DNA of 64,000 nucleotides from Octopus vulgaris (Eukaryota): NCBI GenBank assembly GCA_951406725.2, contig OX597826.1, positions 8,928,001 to 8,992,000 of the forward strand, read 5' to 3'. Shown piece by piece: positions 12,285 to 25,355 of this stretch (position 1 is its first letter; each line of letters starts with the position of its first letter). The notes under the pieces were generated by a model. It saw only the letters and a program-made list of their open reading frames with translations, ran no database searches and was not told where the DNA came from. The position numbers and the translations under genes were made by a program.

Positions 12285-12752
12285 TATTTCTTATTTCTTT
12301 ATTGCCCACAAGGTGCTAAACATAGAGGGGACAAACAAGGACAGACAAAGGGATTAAGTCGATTACAACGACCCCAGTGCGAAACTGGTACTTTATTTAT
12401 CGACCCCGAAAGGATGAAAGGCAAAGTCGACCTCGGCGGAATTTGAACTCAGAACGTAACGGCAGACGAAATACCGATTTCTTTACTACCCACAAGTGGC
12501 TAAACACAGAGAGAACAAACAAGGACAGACAAAGGGATTAAGTCGATTACATCGACCCCAGTGCGTAACTGGTACTTAATCTATCGACCCCGAAAGGATG
12601 AAAGGCAAAGTCGACCTCGGCGGAATTTGAACTCAGAACGTAACGGCAGACGAAATACCTATTTCTTTACTACCCACAAGGGGTTAAACACAGAGAGGAC
12701 AAACAAGGACAGACAAAGGGATTAAGTCGAATACATCGACCCCAGTGCGTAA
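12285..12752 (-). mobile_element. Tandem concatemer of headless SINE B units (about 183 bp, 2.5 copies)
   Basis: Direct repeats with junction GAAAT(A/C)-GGTATTTC on the minus strand near 12476 and 12659. Confidence 0.9.
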
Positions 12753-12769
12753 TTAAATTCTGTCTTTGT

Positions 12770-12842
12770 GCAGCTGAGGATTGCTCTGCATTTAAATTGA
12801 TGTAATTCAATTAAATAGAGTTGCGCGAAACGATCGTACTGC
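12770..12842 (+). ncRNA. Hammerhead motif with long helix II (same family as 2723-2809 - and 2827-2909 +)
   Basis: GCAG-CTGAGGA-TTGCTCT...AGAGTTGCGC-GAAAC-GATC-GTA-CTGC. Palindromic helix III ACGATCGT; the base of helix II is mismatched. Confidence 0.6.
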
Positions 12843-13769
12843 TTAACCTTTGGATAGCCTTGTTGCTTATCTTGATTCTAAGCATATGAAAAGTATATGT
12901 GGAAAACTGCATTTACAAATATCCATTTCAAAAAGTTATGAGGAAACAAAGTCAATTTATGTGCATTATCCGAAACCTCTCTCCCCGCTCCCAGTTCAAT
13001 CCTGCAAGAAATTTTTTTCACCACTAATTCCGAAATAATCGGAATCTACAGCATCTGAAAGGTATTCATACAAAATTTTATAACAAAATATTCCTTTTTC
13101 AGAAAGTTACAAAATCGATTCACGCGAATTATTCGAAACACCTGGGGAAAAAAAGAAAAAAAAAGTTCACCGAAAATCCGAAATAATCAGAATCTACAGC
13201 ATGTGAAATGTATTTGTGGCAAATTTCGTTTAAAAATATCCGTTGTGTATGAAGTTATGAGGAAACAAAATCAGGGGCGGAGAAAGCACATTTGTGTAAT
13301 TATACCAGATTTGTGTTCCTCTGCTGCGTGGCCTAACGCATAATTATTAATCGTGGGTGGTAATCGTTTAAGACTCCCTTTTCTATTTCCTCAATACATG
13401 CCTTCCTCGTCGCATTTCAACGCAAATCTGCAAATCGAATGGGGGAAACAAATGTCAGGCCATCTTGACACTAAACACCAAATAAAGGCTTAGGTTAAAG
13501 TTGTGCGCTAACAATAATAATTGTAAACAATATCAATAATAAATTGTAAAAAATGTTGCAAATACATAATATATCTGCAATAAATAATAGCTATTGGTAA
13601 GAAATAAAGTTGATGTATAGTTGTTTCATTACTGTTGCGGGATGAGGCGAAGTACATACGTACCACGCACTGAATGAGGAGCGTTAACAAATGCACGACG
13701 CGTATATAATGTGTTGATATACACGAACAAAAACGCATGTCTGACTTATTGTATGTATATAGATGTTTA

Positions 13770-14378
13770 CATAGATACATAATACATACTTTTATACATA
13801 CATACATGCATGTATACATACATAGATGCATACACAGATACATACACGTTTGTACAAACATTACATACATTCATACATACATCCATACACGTTTGTACAA
13901 ACATACATGCAAACATACATACATACATACATACATAAACGTTGGTACAAACATACATACATACATACACGTTGGTACAAACATACATGTAAACATACAT
14001 ACATACATACATACATACATACATACACGTTTGTACAAACATACATACATACATACATACATACATACATACAAGCGTGCACGTTCGTACGTACATACCT
14101 ACATACAAGCATACACATTCGTACATACATACATACATACATACTGACATTCATGCGTACACGTTCGTACAAAAAGTATACATACATACAGAAGTATACA
14201 TACATACATACAAACGTACGTACATGCATACATACATACTTACATAAGTACACACATACACACTTTTATACGTACATGCGTACACGTTCGTACATGCATA
14301 CTTTTATACATACATACATACATACATACATACATACATACATACATACATACATACATACATACATACATACATACA
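13770..14378. repeat. Degenerate (CATA)n microsatellite with ACGTTTGTACAAA/ACGTTCGTAC interruptions
   Basis: Direct inspection. Confidence 0.9.
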
Positions 14379-14941
14379 TGGTGGCTGCCCCCTCGTTATC
14401 GAGTATGGCCATTGCATGAAGCTTAATCAGTGTCGTTAACGTGCAATGCCTGTGCGAGAAGATTTTTTTTAAAGTGAGGAAAGGCTGTGCACTGAGTCAA
14501 TCCCACTCACTAAGCAGCAGCAGTCATAATCCGAAAAGAAGAACAAGTCAACATCATCGGTAACCACAGAGCCGCAGGTTTTATATCGGAGTTATCCCAG
14601 TTACCTGAGTTACCTTCTCCTAGAAGGATGCCCTAACAAAGGCTAGACGGATGCCTTAACAAAGGCTCCCAATGGTTTAACCGAGCGATCGGGTATTCAG
14701 TCCGATTATTTCTATGTCCCCGCGCATGATACAGCCTTAAGACATTTATTGGATGGCCGTTGACTCTCAAGAGTTTCTCCGCCCTTTGACGGGTTTTGTT
14801 TTTCATCCCGCAGGGTGTCCAATAAACACCCTCCTCACCAAGCAAGCTTTGTGGGGTTGCCGGTTTAGTCGCCGACGACTCAACCATGCAACAGGTTGTA
14901 CTGGGTTACATGTTACCAGTAGCACTCGAAAGTGACCTGAC
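14379..14941 (-). mobile_element. Non-autonomous RTE-derived element (5' UTR joined to 3' end)
   Basis: Minus-strand motifs GGTGAGGAGGGTG...GGGCGGA...CAACGGCCAT and TCTAGGAGAAGGTAACTC resemble RTE-clade 5' UTRs (recalled, not searched). No ORF; inserted in (CATA)n. Confidence 0.6.
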
Positions 14942-15126
14942 ATTATACATACATACATACATACATACAAACATATATGCGTGCACATTCATACGTACAT
15001 ACATACGCATATGCATACAATACTTGCATTACAAAACATGCTGACTGGGGCTCTTGCAGCACAATCACGAACACACATACGTCGGACTTACTGTACATAG
15101 ATGTTTATTTACAAACATACATACAT

Positions 15127-15385
15127 GTGAAGGCACATGGCCTAGTGGGTAGAGCAGCGGTCGGGGGATCGCGGGTTCGAATCTCAGACCAGGCGATGTG
15201 TGTGTTTATGAGCGAAACACCTAAGCTCCACGTGACTCTGGCAGAAGGTAATGGCGAACTTCTGCTGACTCTTTCGCCACAACTTTCTCTCACTTTTTCC
15301 TTCTGCATCTTGCAGCTCACCAAGGAAACCGGGAAACCGGCCCTTATGAGCCAGGTTCGTTCAAGAACGAACGAACAAACAAAAA
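15127..15385 (+). mobile_element. SINE family C variant with a different (RTE-like) tail
   Basis: TGGCCTAGTGG A-box, GGTTCGAATC B-box, body shared with 7186-7552, tail GGAAACCGGGAAACCGGCCCTTATGAGCC. Confidence 0.75.
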
Positions 15386-16819
15386 GTATACATACATACA
15401 TACATACATACATACATACATACATACATACATACATACATACGTACATACTAACAGATATGTACACACAAAACTTGTATTAATATGTTAAAAAACGACC
15501 AAACAGAGACTCTTTCTGCAAAATCACTGGACCTGCTAGAAATAGCAACCAAATCTTCCCCAAGTCATTTTAGTGTCTTAAAAGAGAAAGGTCACATTGG
15601 ACACTGAATGTAGTTCTAGATATACGAAGTTGGAGAAAAGGACAGACGAAATAGTCGCCATTGGAATGTTTTCATTCGTAAGTCTCTTTTACTTGTTTCA
15701 GTCGTTTTGACTGCGGCCATACTGGAGCACCGCCTTTAGTCGAGTAAATCGACCCCAGGAAGAAGGAGACAGCACCCGCTCAAACACAGATGACACTGCT
15801 CTTCATTCCTTTCTAACTTTCCACAACCATTCATCCATTCTTAACCTAGACACTTTACACCTAATTACGCAGAGTCCCTGAAGAGTGACTTCGAAGGTAT
15901 TCTCCCCTGGCGTCATGCTACTCATATCAGGAGTATCAATATTCCTGAGCTTATAAATACCCGGGAGTAGTTCTCAGCTTATAAATTCCTGTGAGTAGCT
16001 CAGTAATAGTTGGGTTTTTTCCTGGCAATAGCACATCTTCAACATAGCCAAGCCTGCACCCCCAACGCCTGACTCTTCTTTTCAGGGCCAGATATATTTT
16101 AACCTCCAGTAATTATTGATTTCCTAGAAGGCTCAGGCAATGCTCACAAAGATGTATTGCTTCAACATCTGACACGGCGCTTATGCTGCTGCTGCTACTA
16201 CTACTACTACTGCACACATAGATACACCAGGGTCGCCTTAAGACATAAGCACACTGGGCAGCCGCCCGAGGGTCATATGGATCTAGGGGCCCAATTCTGA
16301 TCTGTGTGTTGTAGCTTTCTGCCAATAACAGATACTTCAGGACCCAGTGCACTGATTTCTCCGGGGACCAATAAAACTGTTAAGACAGCCCTGAAACACG
16401 CTCCAACTTTCCAGCTCACAAGCGCATTGTCCCTTCTCCCTACCGTTTCTACTGATTCTGCATTAACCCCAGCAAATCGGAGTTGGCTGGGCTCAAGCTG
16501 CCTCTGCTCAGACGTTCCTCTTCTCCTAATCCCTTCTTTCATCGCTTATGTTGTATCCAGCCTTCCAGACCCCGCTCTCTTCATTTACACCCAAGAATGT
16601 TAACAGTCTAGAATTCCCTATTTTACTCATATTTCTCGTTGACGTTGACATTAAAAGTTTCGAGAGGAATATTAACGAGACCAATCTTACCGACCCAGGA
16701 GGGCCTGCGCTTCCTTCAAATACAGCAATTCCTTTCCCCAAAGAATGTTATTAACTATAAGTTAACCACATTTAATTAATCATAGATTTTTCTAATATAC
16801 ATTCTTCATGTATGCGATA

Positions 16820-17037
16820 TTGATCTCAAATTTTGGCACAAGGCCAGCAATTTGGGGGGATGGCGTATGTCGATTATATCACCCTCAGTGCTCAGCTGGT
16901 TCTTATCTTATCGATTCCCGAAAGGATGAAAGGCAAAGTCGACCCTGGTGGAATTTGAACTTAGAACATAAAGGCTGACGAAATGCCGAATAAGCTTCTT
17001 AACCGGCGTGCTAACGATTCAGCCAGCTTACCCGCCT
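16820..17037 (-). mobile_element. SINE family B, variant tail
   Basis: Reverse complement of the GGCGGGTAAGCTGGCTGAATCGTTAGC head plus the CCTTTCATCCTTTCGGG body. Confidence 0.8.
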
Positions 17038-17057
17038 TATTTATGCATACGGTATTC

Positions 17058-17129
<72 letters not shown>

Positions 17130-17750
17130 TATATATATATATTCATATATCGATTCCCTTGCTGGTAATTCTCATTTTGAATATGGCATCAAAATTCCAC
17201 TCCTTTCACATTTATTCAATCTTTTATCCAAACTAAATGCAGTTAACTCTACATTTATTCTTGCACACCTCATCCACATATGTCAGCATTTATATAAAAG
17301 AATGGCACCACGGAAAAATATACATACACAGGAAAGTATAAATATATATTTCTGTACTAAACTGAAAAATAAAACCAGAATGTACATGCATTTCCATATG
17401 CATGTATATAACTCTCTTCATCAGGATATGTTTTAATAAATGTATTTACAGATTTGAAGACGTGTATTAGATGTGTATGTACATACGTATATATATATGT
17501 ATTTGTATGTGTGTATGTATGTGTGCGTGTGCTTCCGTAAATGTGAATGTGTGTGAGCGTGTCCGTATATATACACATATGCCGTCAATTACTGAATTGC
17601 AGGTGCGTATATATATAGACTTTATGAACATACTTCGAGTTCTCACCATCGGAAACCCGAACTATGCTACGGACGTAGATCTGCATATACACACTATACA
17701 TACACCGGATATGCATGAATTATATGGATGAATAATGATACCTGAATTAC

Positions 17751-17800
<50 letters not shown>

Positions 17801-17824
17801 GTATGTTTATATATATATATTTAT

Positions 17825-17858
<34 letters not shown>

Positions 17859-18117
17859 GCATGTTCCTCGGTAAACGTGTATTCAAACATATAGGAAGTT
17901 GTAGGGGATTGTTCTAGGTACTTGTCCGATTATGCATATATGTATGCGTGTATGTATGCACGCGTTCATACATTTATGCATGCATGTATTGTGTATGTAT
18001 GTATGAATGTATTTATGTATGTACGTATGTGTAAGTATGAACGTGTATATTTCCTTTGTATGCGCATGTATGCGCGCACAATAGTGTGTGTGTGAGACAA
18101 AGTGCTTGTGTGTGCGT

Positions 18118-18156
<39 letters not shown>

Positions 18157-18232
18157 CGTGTGCGTATGTTTATATGTCTGTGTGCATGAGTATATGTGTG
18201 GATCTGCAGGTGGGCTTCTACAGATGTGGATA

Positions 18233-18612
18233 TAGGCGTGGTTGTGTGGTAAGAGGCGAGCTTCCCAACTACATGGTTCCTGGTTCAGTCCCACTGCGTG
18301 AAACCTTGGGCAAGTGTCTTCTATTGTAGCTTCGAGCCGACCAAAGCCTTGTGAGTGGATTTGATAGGCGGAAACTGAAAGAAGCCCGCCGTGTATATGC
18401 ATGTGTGCGTGTGTTTGTGTTTGTTCCTCATCACCACTTGACAAATGATGTTGGTGTGTTTACGTCCCTGTAACGTAGCGGTTCGGCAAAAGAGACTGAT
18501 ATGTTCTAGGCTTTAAAAAATAAATCCCGGGGTCGACTGGTTCGGCTAAAACCCTTCAAGGCGGTGTTCCAGCATGGCCGCAGTCAAATGGCTGAAACAA
18601 GTAAAATAAAAG
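18233..18612 (+). mobile_element. SINE family A, full length
   Basis: Colinear with 34210-34657. Confidence 0.85.
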
Positions 18613-19142
18613 AATAGAAAATATATACAGAGAAGGGGAGGGAGGGTGGAGGGGAAGAAAGGGGCGGGGAAGAGAAGGGGAGAGAGAGAAAGATACATCT
18701 ACACACACATGTACATATATATACACAGAGTATGAGGGGTTCGGTTCACTGGTGATCTAAACGAATAGATACGTTGAGTAAGTGCTATAATTGGTCATCC
18801 GTTAGGTTCCAAGTTCACAGCTGAGGATGGAGCTAGGGACCCGTATTAGAGGGAAAAGGACAGCAAAAACCAAGGCAGGACAAGTATCTCAAGTCATTTA
18901 GGCTATTTAATTAGGGTAAGGTTAATTTGAAGTCTTACGACTGTTTCTGGGATATCCTAAGTCTCTGTACACTGGGTATTCCGTCATCAGAGACAAGGTG
19001 AGTATGAAAGATCCAGGCAGGGAAATTCACAGTTTATAAGGAATAAAATAGTAGATAGAAGAATAAAGATTTTATTTCTTATAAACTGTGAATATATATA
19101 TATAGTGTGTGTGTGTGTATATATATACATACATATATATAT

Positions 19143-19281
<139 letters not shown>

Positions 19282-19693
19282 TGTGTGTGTGTGTGTGTGA
19301 ATATGTTTATGTATGTGTGTGACCGCAAACTGCTAAAGTTTTTTTCATTCTCTCTCTGTTTATTTTCTCATGTTCTTTTCTGTTCAAGACCGTAGACTCG
19401 AAACGTAAAAGACTTTCTCACAATCCCGAGCGTTAAACTAATACACCTGTTTGTTGTTTATACTCCTATCTTCGTCTTTCGTTTTTCTGCAAATTCCAGC
19501 TATATATACATATATATTATTCTTTTGTTCATTTACTTGTTTCAGTCGTTTGACTGCGACCATGCTGGAGCACCGCATTAGTCGAACAAATCGATCCCAG
19601 AACTTGTTCTTTGTAAGCCTAGTACTCTTTTGCCAAACCGCTAAGCTACGGGACGTAAACACACCAGCATCGGTTTTGAAGCGATGGTGGGCG

Positions 19694-19732
<39 letters not shown>

Positions 19733-19739
<7 letters not shown>

Positions 19740-20443
19740 CTCAGAGCGAGTTATAAACAGTAGCAGTAACACATCGTGATGCATATTTGCCATTTGAATA
19801 TGGCTAACCCATAAGGGTGGATGCTACTGTAGTTTGTAGCCCCAGGAAGATATCTCCTCCAGCTGGCTATAGACACACTATCTGTGTCCTCTCAGTATTT
19901 GTGAAGGGGAGTCATCCTCCCCGTCTTCAACACATGATACACACGTACCCGAGTTTCAAGGTGTTTACCTTTCATCAGCGTGTGACAATCATGGTTGTCG
20001 ATGAGAAGTCAGATCCCTTCACAAATACATATACTACAGTAGCATCCACCCTTAGGGCTTAGCCATATTCAAATGGCAAATATGCATCACGATGTGTTAC
20101 CGCTACTGTTTATAACTCGCTCTGAGATATATCATTGTTTGATTTCACTTTTTCAATATCAGTGTTAAATCGACACTGGAAAAAGTATATGTATTTGTGA
20201 AGGGATCTGACTTCTCATCGACAACCATGATTGTCACACGCTGATGAAAGGTAAACACCTTGACACTCGGGTACGTGTGTATCATGTGTTGAAGACGGGG
20301 AGGCTGACTCCCCTTCACAAATACTGAGAGGACACAGATAGTGTGTCTATAGCCAGCTGGAGGAGATATCTTCCTGGGGCTACAAACTACAGTAGCATCC
20401 ACCCTTATGGGTTAGCCATATTCAAATGGCAAATATGCATCAC
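19733..20443. mobile_element. Young Penelope-type inverted/partial-tandem insertion (A-B-A'-spacer-B'-A') with two hammerheads
   Basis: 19733-19832 is inverted at 20033-20131, and 19777-20035 is inverted at 20185-20443 with only a few mismatches. Flanked by TA tracts. Confidence 0.8.
19940..19984 (-). ncRNA. Type-I hammerhead ribozyme, intact core
   Basis: CACACG-CTGATGA-AAGGT-AAAC-ACCTT-GAAAC-TCGG-GTA-CGTGTG: 6-bp stem I, 5-bp stem II, AC/GT stem III, GUA site. The twin at 20235-20279 (+) has GAAA changed to GACA. Confidence 0.85.
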
Positions 20444-21290
20444 TATATATATATATATATACATGTGTGTGTATGTGTGTGTGCATGTTCTAGGAAGCAC
20501 GGGGCCCAATTAAAGAAGTATGAGTGGGGCCTTCTATTCTCCAGAAGCTGCAGACTAATGTTTTATGCTTCATGTTGTACGCCAGTCCCAGCCAAAAAGC
20601 GTTGAGGGCTTGAGGCTCCATCAGTAGCTACAATAATACACTAAAAATTCATCATAGCGTTAACCCCTCGAGCGTGTGCGCGGGACCTAATTTGATCAAA
20701 TCCGTCTAATTGGCTTATGACCGACCCCGTGTGTATGCATGTATATCTATGATTTCCTTATATGTATGTAGGTGCTTTCACTAAATCGACAACATATCTT
20801 TTTTTCACTTACCTAAGGATTAGTAAATAAACTAAATACACTTGTTAGACAGGTGTAAAAGTCGGTCGGCGAACTCTCGGAATAACTTTTATTATCTCTT
20901 GGAGAAAGAAAAAATAATCAATGAATTAGGTGATTGCTTTCTTCTGCAAATGAATTTTTGTTTCTTTTCAAAAGCATTTGTTTTAACATTTTTGCGGCTC
21001 CAACTCCTTTAGTAAATAACAGGAAGTTGGTTGTCGATAACTGAAAATTACTTAAATATGCGTATAGATACGTGTAGGTGTGTATGTGCGAGTATATCAT
21101 TTAATTAATCAATTAAATATGTAAGTATACTAGCGCGAGTGATGTGCTGTGTTGTGTTGAGGTGTATTTTATGTGTTGTATCTCGAGCGCGTGTGACTGT
21201 TGTGGTAAGCAAACGTTTTATGTGCCCACGAATGCACATAATCCACGTCACGCTAGCATTCTGTTTTGAAAATGATGTGTTGTACTCATG

Positions 21291-21727
21291 TGACATTTTC
21301 CTCTTTGGCCAAGGCCTCATCAACCTTTTTCAAGTTTCACTTGAAAAGGAAGATGAGAGTAGAGAGGGAAGTGATGTCTGGTAGCAAGTTTATTGAAAGG
21401 TGGGTGAATATCGGAAGAATGGCCAGTATGAATGGACCAATTCTGAGGATACACCTGTGAAAATTAAAAGGAAATATAAAAGGAGAAAGAGGCTCTCTAC
21501 CCCGCTTTTGACCAGGCTCCCGTGCCTTTTATGGGTTTTTCCACGAGTAACCTTCTGAAGCGCCTCCCCCTATTGGGAGTTTTAATTGTTACTTATTTTT
21601 CGTTGTCATCCTGCTTTTGTACACGGATTTTTCAAACGGACAAAACCCTTTGTAACTTTCGTTCTGTGTTTTGTCCCTTTATGTTTTAATTGATTTTTGT
21701 TAGCCCTTGTGGCCAATAAACAAACAA

Positions 21728-21775
<48 letters not shown>
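21291..21775 (+). mobile_element. Extreme 3' end of a second L1/Tx1-like LINE subfamily with (ATT)n tail
   Basis: FFKFHLKRKMRVEREVMSGSKFIERWVNIGRMASMN aligns with FFKYHLKRKVRVEKQVLSSECFK.RWVNVARMARMN at about 4695-4800. The UTR ends TAGCCCTTGTGGCCAATAAA. Confidence 0.8.
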
Positions 21776-23020
21776 TAGAATATTATTTTATTTATTTTTT
21801 ATCATTTTATCTTTACTTATTTCTCTTTTATTAAATTTTGGATCTTTTAATTTAATAAGTTCTTTGGGACGAAACACGAGTAATTCATGTCTGTTCTCAA
21901 TTAACAAAACCCTGTTATTCTGTCTTATGCATTGAGTTCTCTTACGTTTAGACACCAAACTTACATACATACATATTAGCGACGGGAGAAGTATCAATAC
22001 CGAAAGGCAATCTTTATATACTATTAAACGTGGATGTATTATTAGAACGCCGAACACTGCGGTATATGCCTTGATAGATCCTCTCGTATAGACGTACGGT
22101 GCCAAACGCACAGAGATATCAGGGGCGGACTCTCAAGAAAAGAAGTGCGCCCTTCTAAATAATGTTATTGCGCCCTTTTCTCCTGGAATTGTATTCCCTT
22201 CTGACTTTATGCTCTCCTTTCGAAACATTTATGGGACCGAAACACTGCATATATCGTAACAGACATGAACTGTCTGGTATAGACACCAGAACTGCCAGAT
22301 CATGTGATTTCAGCGTACTGCGCTTCTTCGGTGGCAGGCGTCCAGTCTCGCATACCAAATCTCACAACTATATGAGAAGAACTCTCAATGTGAATACCAC
22401 AGCATTTGGTGCTCTAATAAAAATCTACGTTTAGTTGGATATAATGATTGTCATACATACATGCAATTAAAAATAACATACATACAAATAATCGGTAAGT
22501 GGAATAAAAATGTGCAGAGCTTTTCTCAAGTTCAAAATGTGACAGGTCTTTGTAATCTATATTCCAAAGATGGAGCATCCATATATACATATATACGCGC
22601 ACAAACACACACGTATATGAGCGCAAACACACACACACACACATACATGCACACTCATGCATATAAACATAGGCCTAGATCGCTTTTGATAGACTCTTAC
22701 CTGCAATATGTTCTACTAAAATGGTTAGTGAATAAGATTATTAACTCGTGGATTCCGCCATGCATGGGAATTGATATTGCCATTTTGTGTAACAAACTCA
22801 ATTTTAGGCACCCTTCTACACCCAACTATTGCCAAAACATTTTCCAGATTATTTGTGAATGTTACTTAGATAAGTAAGGCGGCGAGCTGGCAGAATCGTT
22901 AGCACGCCGGGCAAAATACTTAACGGCATTTCGTCTGTCCTTACGTTCTGAGTTCAAATTCTGCCGAGGTCGACTTTGTCGCTCGTCCCTTCAGGATCGA
23001 TAAAGTAAGTACCAGTTGAA

Positions 23021-23439
23021 GGATCTTTTTTGTTTGAACGGCAGTTTTTTTCTAGCGGTTTTATATGAAATTGTCACCCATAATTATGACCCTAGTATCG
23101 ATCTATTGCATTTCAATCTGTTTTAGGGTTAGGGTTAGGGGTGGAGGGAAGGGTATCTTTTTTTCTTCACAAATGTAAATAAACCCAATCTGTTTCTTAA
23201 ACGCGGGACATATTCATACGGCACAGAATGTTTTTTACCTCAATGTACGTCATTGATTGGTTGAAATTGCAGAAATTGAAGAAAAAAAAACAACAAATAT
23301 CTTACAAACCATAGAATTTTCTCAATAAAGCCAAGAGAAAAAGATGTTTTATAAACACATTCTACCAGTATACGAAGTTTAAAATTTTTTAGTTACCTAG
23401 AAATTATGTTAAAAACTGCCGTTCAAACCGAAAAGATCC
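23021..23439. mobile_element. Merlin-like MITE with internal TTAGGG repeats, inserted in a SINE B (22877-23490)
   Basis: TIR GGATCTTTT(C/T)(G/T)GTTTGAACGGCAGTTTTT, GG...CC ends, 8-bp TSD CAGTTGAA/CTGTTGAA. Confidence 0.8.
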
Positions 23440-24934
23440 CTGTTGAACACTGAGATTGCTGGCCTTGTACTAAAATTTGAAACCAGTATTACTTTGATAA
23501 GTTTATTGTCGTGCTGGTTATTTATTTATTTATTTATTGTTCTCGCCTCAGAGGAACCAGTAAACATCGAAAACTCAGCACCAAGAAGGAAGAAATATTA
23601 TTTACATATATTTATTCGTTTGCCCGACAACGGTGTTTTATCTACACATAAAACGCACCGGTTTTTAAAAGACCTTCAGAGCTACGAGTCCGCAGCTAGC
23701 TTTTTTGTTGTTGACGTGAATGTAGTTTAAAAATGTAGTTATGAGATGTATTGTTATTGTCAGACTTTATCTTACTATAATCAACAACAAACACATTTCG
23801 TCAATACAAAAGTCTTTATCAGATAAAAAAAATAACATTATCAAAACATGAAGGTAAAACAAAACAAATAGCGGCTTATACACCGGAAAATACGGTAATT
23901 GTAGTGGCAGTGACAAATTCGCTTGCTGGTTAATAGTTGATAGTGTAGAATGGAGGGAGAGAGTAGGGAATGCACGGTGCTGACTAGAAAGGAAGAAAGG
24001 ATAAAGGTGGCATCGTCTTCGCTCGGCATACGAATAGGACAGAGTGGTGACATTTAGCAGAAATGAGCCGGAAATTGTTCCTCTTCGATTACTATCGCAA
24101 ACAGCAGTAGCTTTCTTCAACTGAATACACGTCGGTGAAATACCAAATTTTGTCAAAAATGTTCAAAGTGAACCGTGTTCTGCGTGAGACATTCCACCAG
24201 TATACGAAGTTTCAGACTGTTTAGTTAGAGAAAAAAAAAGTTAATTAAAATATTCTGTACGCCAAACTGAACAGATCCTGAGTGGATTTGGTGGACGGAA
24301 ACTGGAAGAAGCCCGTCGTGTGTGTGTGTGTGAGTCTTTGTGTCTGTGTTTGTCCCCCACCACCTCTTGATAACTGGTGTTGGTGTGTTTACATCCCCGT
24401 AAATTAGCAGTTGGGCACAAGAGATCGATAGAATAAGTAGCAGGCTTAAGAAAAACAAAAACGCAGAGGAGTCGATTCGTTCCCCTAAAATTCTTCAGGG
24501 CGGTGTCCCAGCCTAGTCACAGCCTATTGACTGACACAACTAAAAGGTGTAGGGATCCAACGAGCTCCGATGAGCAGAGGTTCATTGTAGCAGCCGTTAG
24601 GAATGGTGGGAGGAGGCAACATGTCTGGAGTAGAAGCTTAAACTATATTGGTATATCAGTCATGTGCACCGTTCTTCGGATTATTAGCTTATTTATAATG
24701 TTTACCAACTCGGACAGAGCTAAACTGGTTTGTCAAATTTACATAATAGTGCATGTGCAGACAAGATGGATTAATTAATTAATCAATTATTTAATTGTGT
24801 ACTATATTGCATTTGGGGTCGCGGAGTTGGAGGTAATTTGAAATGTAAGGTAACCAGTTTTCAACGAAAAATAGAGGCTACGCTTGTGTGTTTATTAAAG
24901 AGAATACCTTATCCTTTTCACTCTTTCTAATTAT

Positions 24935-25138
24935 ATACATACACGCATGCATGCATCCATACACACACACACACATATATACACACACACATATATATAC
25001 AAACACACACACACACACATATATATATACATGCACACACACACATATATATATATATATATACACACACATATATATACATGCACACACACACACACAC
25101 ATATATATACACACACACATATACACACACACATATAT

Positions 25139-25189
<51 letters not shown>

Positions 25190-25355
25190 CACACACACAT
25201 GCATACAGTCATAGATTCACACACAAACATTTATATCCAGACACAGCACAGATACAGTTAATACATGCAATCACATCAAACCACAAAGTATCGTTCATTC
25301 ACACACACACACACACACACGAGCTCCCTAACATACACACACACACACACACTCG
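24935..25355. repeat. Compound CA/TA microsatellite
   Basis: Direct inspection. Confidence 0.95.

Noticed and set aside
19817-20402. Two near-identical 81/85-aa ORFs as duplicated genes
   Set aside because: They are the two arms of the inverted repeat, with GTG starts and no recognisable domain.
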